In this document: positions 59,749 to 64,000 of the stretch, piece by piece
Position numbering within the stretch: position 1 is the stretch's first letter
Layout: the number at the start of each line of letters is the position of its first letter
From: Macrostomum lignano
Taxonomy: Eukaryota
Assembly: GCA_002269645.1 (NCBI GenBank)
Contig: NIVC01003517.1
Span: 62,001 to 126,000, forward strand
Length of the DNA stretch: 64,000 bases
Reading direction: 5' to 3'
Translations under genes and position numbers: made by a program
The notes under the pieces: model-generated
Database searches by the model: none
What the model saw: the letters and a program-made list of their open reading frames with translations, nothing else
Told to the model about the DNA's origin: nothing

Positions 59749-61888
59749 TCTGGAGGCCTGTGAGTAGGATTTCGAGAGGCTTGAACTGTGATTGCGTATC
59801 ACATGAGAATGCGTGACTTGCATGCACAGGTTTTCGCTATCGGGCATTGTGTTGGAAACCCTAATCTTCTTTTTAGTCGTTGTGCAACAAACTTTTGCCA
59901 TTTGACGCGTTTAGTCTGTTAGATTCAAAATAATGATTGATAAAGTAACATGTCTGTGTGATTTTAATGCTGTCAGTAAATTTTTACGGGTATACGAGCG
60001 TACGTATATTAGCTGACCGATTCTAAGAAGGTTTTCAGACCATCTCTTTGGAGAAACATTTCTGTCTGTGCAGAATTATCAGTTAATTTATTCAAAACGA
60101 CTTTGACAATCTCGGTTTAGTTCTAAACCTGAAAAGTCTTTAAACTGACATTTACTAATAAAAAAATATGATCTGCAGCTTATTATTTGTGCAGCAGAAA
60201 AGTTCAAAGAAAGGTTTTCGTATAAAATCCAGCCACGAATAAAAAGGCCTTCAATATCGCAACTTTTTCAAAGTCTACTCTCCTACAGTGCGGCTGCTCC
60301 GCCTTCTGGTTGGAAAGCGAAAATCTGCCATTTTACTGCTACGAGTATTTTACGAGTACTTCAGTAGCACACAGGCACGCTTGTAGGCAAAGAAAGAAGC
60401 TCACGACACCACTGCCCAAGTAGAAAAGAACAAAGAGCTCTGAGTTCTGACTCGAAAGTGCCCTGCGCAAACAAAGTACTGAACAAAGAGTAGACACTTG
60501 TACATGCCTAGCGATAAAATAAAGTTAGGGCCGCTGTACACTCCTGTGTGAGTGTGTGCCTGCGTACGTATCCGCGCGCTTGTATGCCTGCTCAGGGGAG
60601 TCGGCGGAATGGGCAGTAATGCCTCTCGCCGGTTGTGTGCCTATGTCGCTTAAAGTGCGCCAGGGTGCACACAACCCCCCTGCCTCTAATAAAAAGAGTA
60701 GACACTTTGAGTCGTGATTGGAGAAAAATAGCATTTATTTGTTGGCCTGGGCCGCCATTGTATTGGTTCTGAACTCTGAGCTCTGAATTCTGATTTCCCG
60801 CCTGTGATCTTATTATACTCTACAGTTAGATTTCTTACCATTTCATTTGAATTTGAACTGAACTTCAGCCAGAATCTACATGCTATATTGCTATATACGA
60901 GTACTTACATTTACATACGAGCACATACTTACACACTTACAATAGCACACAAGCTCCAAATTGAACAATTTTTGTAGGAGTGTCAAAGTTATTAGTGCGC
61001 CAGAGGCAAGGCTACATTTAGATATCCCCTTTTTGCTTTTCCCATAACACGCCAGGGTACTACGAAAGATTTGAAGCCCATAGTTCGTGTCATTTTATTT
61101 TAGAGGGAAGTAGGCCCCAGAGACCAAGAAATAGTTCAACTAGGCTGTGTTGTATCTCTAATAGATAATCGGCTTAGCTTAATAATCCGCTCAGTCGCGG
61201 TGGCCGTCTTCAGTATATTTGCATACGGTTACAGTCACGCGTATAATTGTCTATGGCCAAAGCCACACAAACCAAGGCTGGGGATACACCAGACTGCACT
61301 TTGGACGAAAAAAGCGGGACTTAAACTCCATTGAAAACTGGCACGTGGCGCCGCTCTCCCACCCCAACACGAGGTTAGATGTGGAAGCTCGCTCACTTGT
61401 CACTCCAGATTCCGGGGTTGCTTGAGTTTGGGAAACGGTCTCTTGGAAAAGTTATTTGATAGCTGACAGCAGCTGTTATTGGATTGTGATTTAAGAGACA
61501 AGACTATCTTTGTCATTGCTTTGCAGAGAAGCAATGAAAAACTGGGGGGGGGGGGGTAGGAGGGTGACTAATTTATTTAATTGTACACCACTGAATATGC
61601 AAAAAGCACACATAGCTTCATGCGCTTGGTGCCCAAGACCCCGCCCCCTGCTACAGTCTATACGTTTCTACTCGCTCTACTTTGTTTACCTGCTCTTTCC
61701 TCCCAGTCCCCTATCCCCTAAGTCCTTGGTTAGCACAATTGCCACCATAGCGCAAATTGGGGGAAGAGCTTCTCACAGTCCACTGATGCTATTTCTAGAA
61801 GCCTCTTGAGAGTACAGTTATTCAGCTGCCTTTGTATTGGTGCAGTGCATGCGCATCTTATGATGTATTAATATTTATTAGGTTACCC

Positions 61889-62394
61889 CACAGATAGATG
61901 GGCCACTGGCGTGTATATACTTTGTAAAACAGCTTTCTACTTCTAGAACTTCTAGTTAAGTAGCAAAGAAGAATACATAAAGCTATTTTTTATAAAAAAT
62001 AAAGGCAGCTAAAATGACTTCGATAAGTTTAGAAACCCAAGCTTGCAGGCGTAATAGACAGCTTGCTAATTGGTTCAGCAATAATGTACATTGGCCAGTC
62101 CGCTAAAATGTACATGGCAGCTTTGGACTTCAATTCCCGGGAAAGTCAATAGAAAAATGGGGCGGGACGGGGGGGGGTTGGTGTGGAAAGGCGCCGGTTA
62201 GAGGGTTTAAGCTGGGGGTGGGGGTAAAAGTCAATAAATAAGCCTTGGCTTTAAAAATACACTAAATGCTTTCGTTTAACTTACTTCTGAACTGAAAGTA
62301 TAGACTACACGCAAATGTGCCGAGTGGCTATAATAATGATAATAACTATAACTTAATACTAAAAATTCTAACAATAGTTATTCTAGTATCTGTG
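61889..62394. mobile_element. MITE family copy C (degenerate)
   Basis: CACAGATAGATGGGCCACT... and ...TAGTTATTCTAGTATCTGTG ends; the interior is homologous to 43516-43938. Confidence 0.75.
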
Positions 62395-62623
62395 GCATGC
62401 CCCGGATATCTGGCCCAACGTGTACGAGAAACTGTAACTGTCCAATCTGAGATCTCTTATTTACAGTTTACACACATTTACACAGGTCAAAAAGAATGCA
62501 GTCAGCAAGAATTAGAAGGTATTTATTTAAGTAAAAACTGGCAACCAACTTTAAATAAACAGTTGGGTTATTCCGGGGCCGGTGCTCTCCTGAGGGTGTT
62601 CTAAACGTACACTCACTACCCGG

Positions 62624-62639
62624 CTCTCTCTCTCTCTCT

Positions 62640-62687
<48 letters not shown>

Positions 62688-62690
62688 GTC
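62624..62690. repeat. (CT)n microsatellite
   Basis: The run is directly visible. Confidence 0.95.
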
Positions 62691-63504
62691 TCGGTTTTGA
62701 TCTGTTGACTCCCCCCGTGTTTTGTTATTACAATCTTGTGCATCACTGACTATCTGCCACTGAAATGTATTTACACTCTACGTTTTGACTTAAATAAAAT
62801 AAATTCCAATCTGCCCGATGATGCCTAAAGTTAGGCGAAACATGTCGTTCTAATGAAAATGCTCGCAATCTCCTTTCTTTGTATTTTATAATGTTTCGTG
62901 AAGTTGGAAACTGAGCCCTATATCTCTTTTACAAGAGGTAAGTATAGTAAGGTTTATACATTAATATTTATTTGCCTATATTAAAACATCTTGATTATTT
63001 AAGCAAGAGATGATTAAGAACCAGGATCCATTTCAGAACATGTGAAGCCACACGAAAGACTTTTTGAACAAAACAAAAACACTGTTCTCGGCAACAGTGA
63101 TCATGATCAGTGACCATTGACACGTGCAATCGATTTATTGATCACATTTATTCGGTTATCACTGCTAAAGCTATCGGTAGGGATTAAAAACTCCAAGAAT
63201 TTTTGCCTAGGTGTATGTAGCTCTCAACTCAATTGCAGAAAACTACCTGGCTATCAGGCTATTGATTTCTCGGTTGCTTTGTTCGATTTGACTCGAACAG
63301 AAGGAGTCTTGAGGAGTTCGAAGAGTCTTGCATTGCCAAAGTAGAAACAAAGTGGATGGGGTGGAGATGGGACGGGTACACCTAGGGAACGAGAAAGACG
63401 CAGCTTCTGTTGCTTACTCATTGGCTGCTCAAAAGAATTTCCGCGGAATTCCTTTGATGCTCCGCAAAGAAATGTCATTTTCCGTGCACCCAACTGTAGA
63501 TAGC

Positions 63505-64000
63505 AGACCCCAGTCCCTCACACAGCACACACACCAGTCCCTCACACAGCACACACACCAGTCCCTCACACAGCACACACACCAGTCCCTCACACAGCAC
63601 ACACACCAGTCCCTCACACAGCACACACACCAGTCCCTCACACAGCACAGACACCAGTCCCTAACACAGCACAGACACCAGTCCCTCAAACAGCACACAC
63701 ACCAGTCCCTCACACAGCATAGACACCAGTCCACCAGTCCCTCACACAGCACACACACCAGTCCCTCACACAGCACTGACACCAGTCCCTCACACAGCAC
63801 ACACACCAGTCCCTCACACAGCACAGACACCAGTCCCTCACACAGCACACACACCAGTCCCTCACACAGCACAGACACAAGTCCCTAACACAGCACAGAC
63901 ACCAGTCCCTCACACAGCACACATACCATTCCCTAACACACCACAGACACCAGTCTACCAGTCCCTAACACAGCCCAGACACCAGTCCACCAGTCCCTCA
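63505..64000. repeat. 24-bp minisatellite (CAGTCCCTCACACAGCACA(C/G)ACAC), a variant of the 43945-44812 array, running off the right edge
   Basis: Tandem units share CAGTCCCTCAC.CAGCAC with the other array. Confidence 0.96.

Noticed and set aside
60480-60720. Direct repeat AAAGAGTAGACACTT about 210 bp apart, suggesting an LTR or insertion
   Set aside because: No consistent termini or TSD pattern; left unclassified.

Overview
Repeat-rich animal genomic DNA; a flatworm such as Macrostomum is a guess from overall composition only. The core of the window is a head-to-tail array of three ~8.95-kb intronless sacsin-like genes on the minus strand. Each encodes two HSP90-like sacsin repeats, a J-like region lacking HPD, a Gly/Ser linker and a C-terminal HEPN domain. 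Copy 1 (7482-16430) is intact. Copy 2 (23571-41200) is split by an 8.7-kb CMC (EnSpm/Mirage-type) DNA transposon with a 2-bp TSD and is otherwise fully open. Copy 3 (50800-59748) is broken only by three 1-bp deletions in short base runs, which may be sequencing errors. The three copies are mosaics of one another, and a fourth, diverged, inverted sacsin relic lies at ~48.1-48.5 kb. The CMC element carries an intact transposase and a 5-exon BEN-like accessory gene not shown in the ORF track, with a defective mariner nested in its first intron. The spacers hold an internally deleted Gypsy element, two RNase H-bearing non-LTR retrotransposon fragments, a Tc1/IS630-like deletion derivative, several hAT-like and unclassified MITEs, a solo LTR, and mini/microsatellites that expanded independently in each duplicated unit. 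No rRNA, tRNA or CRISPR array was found.
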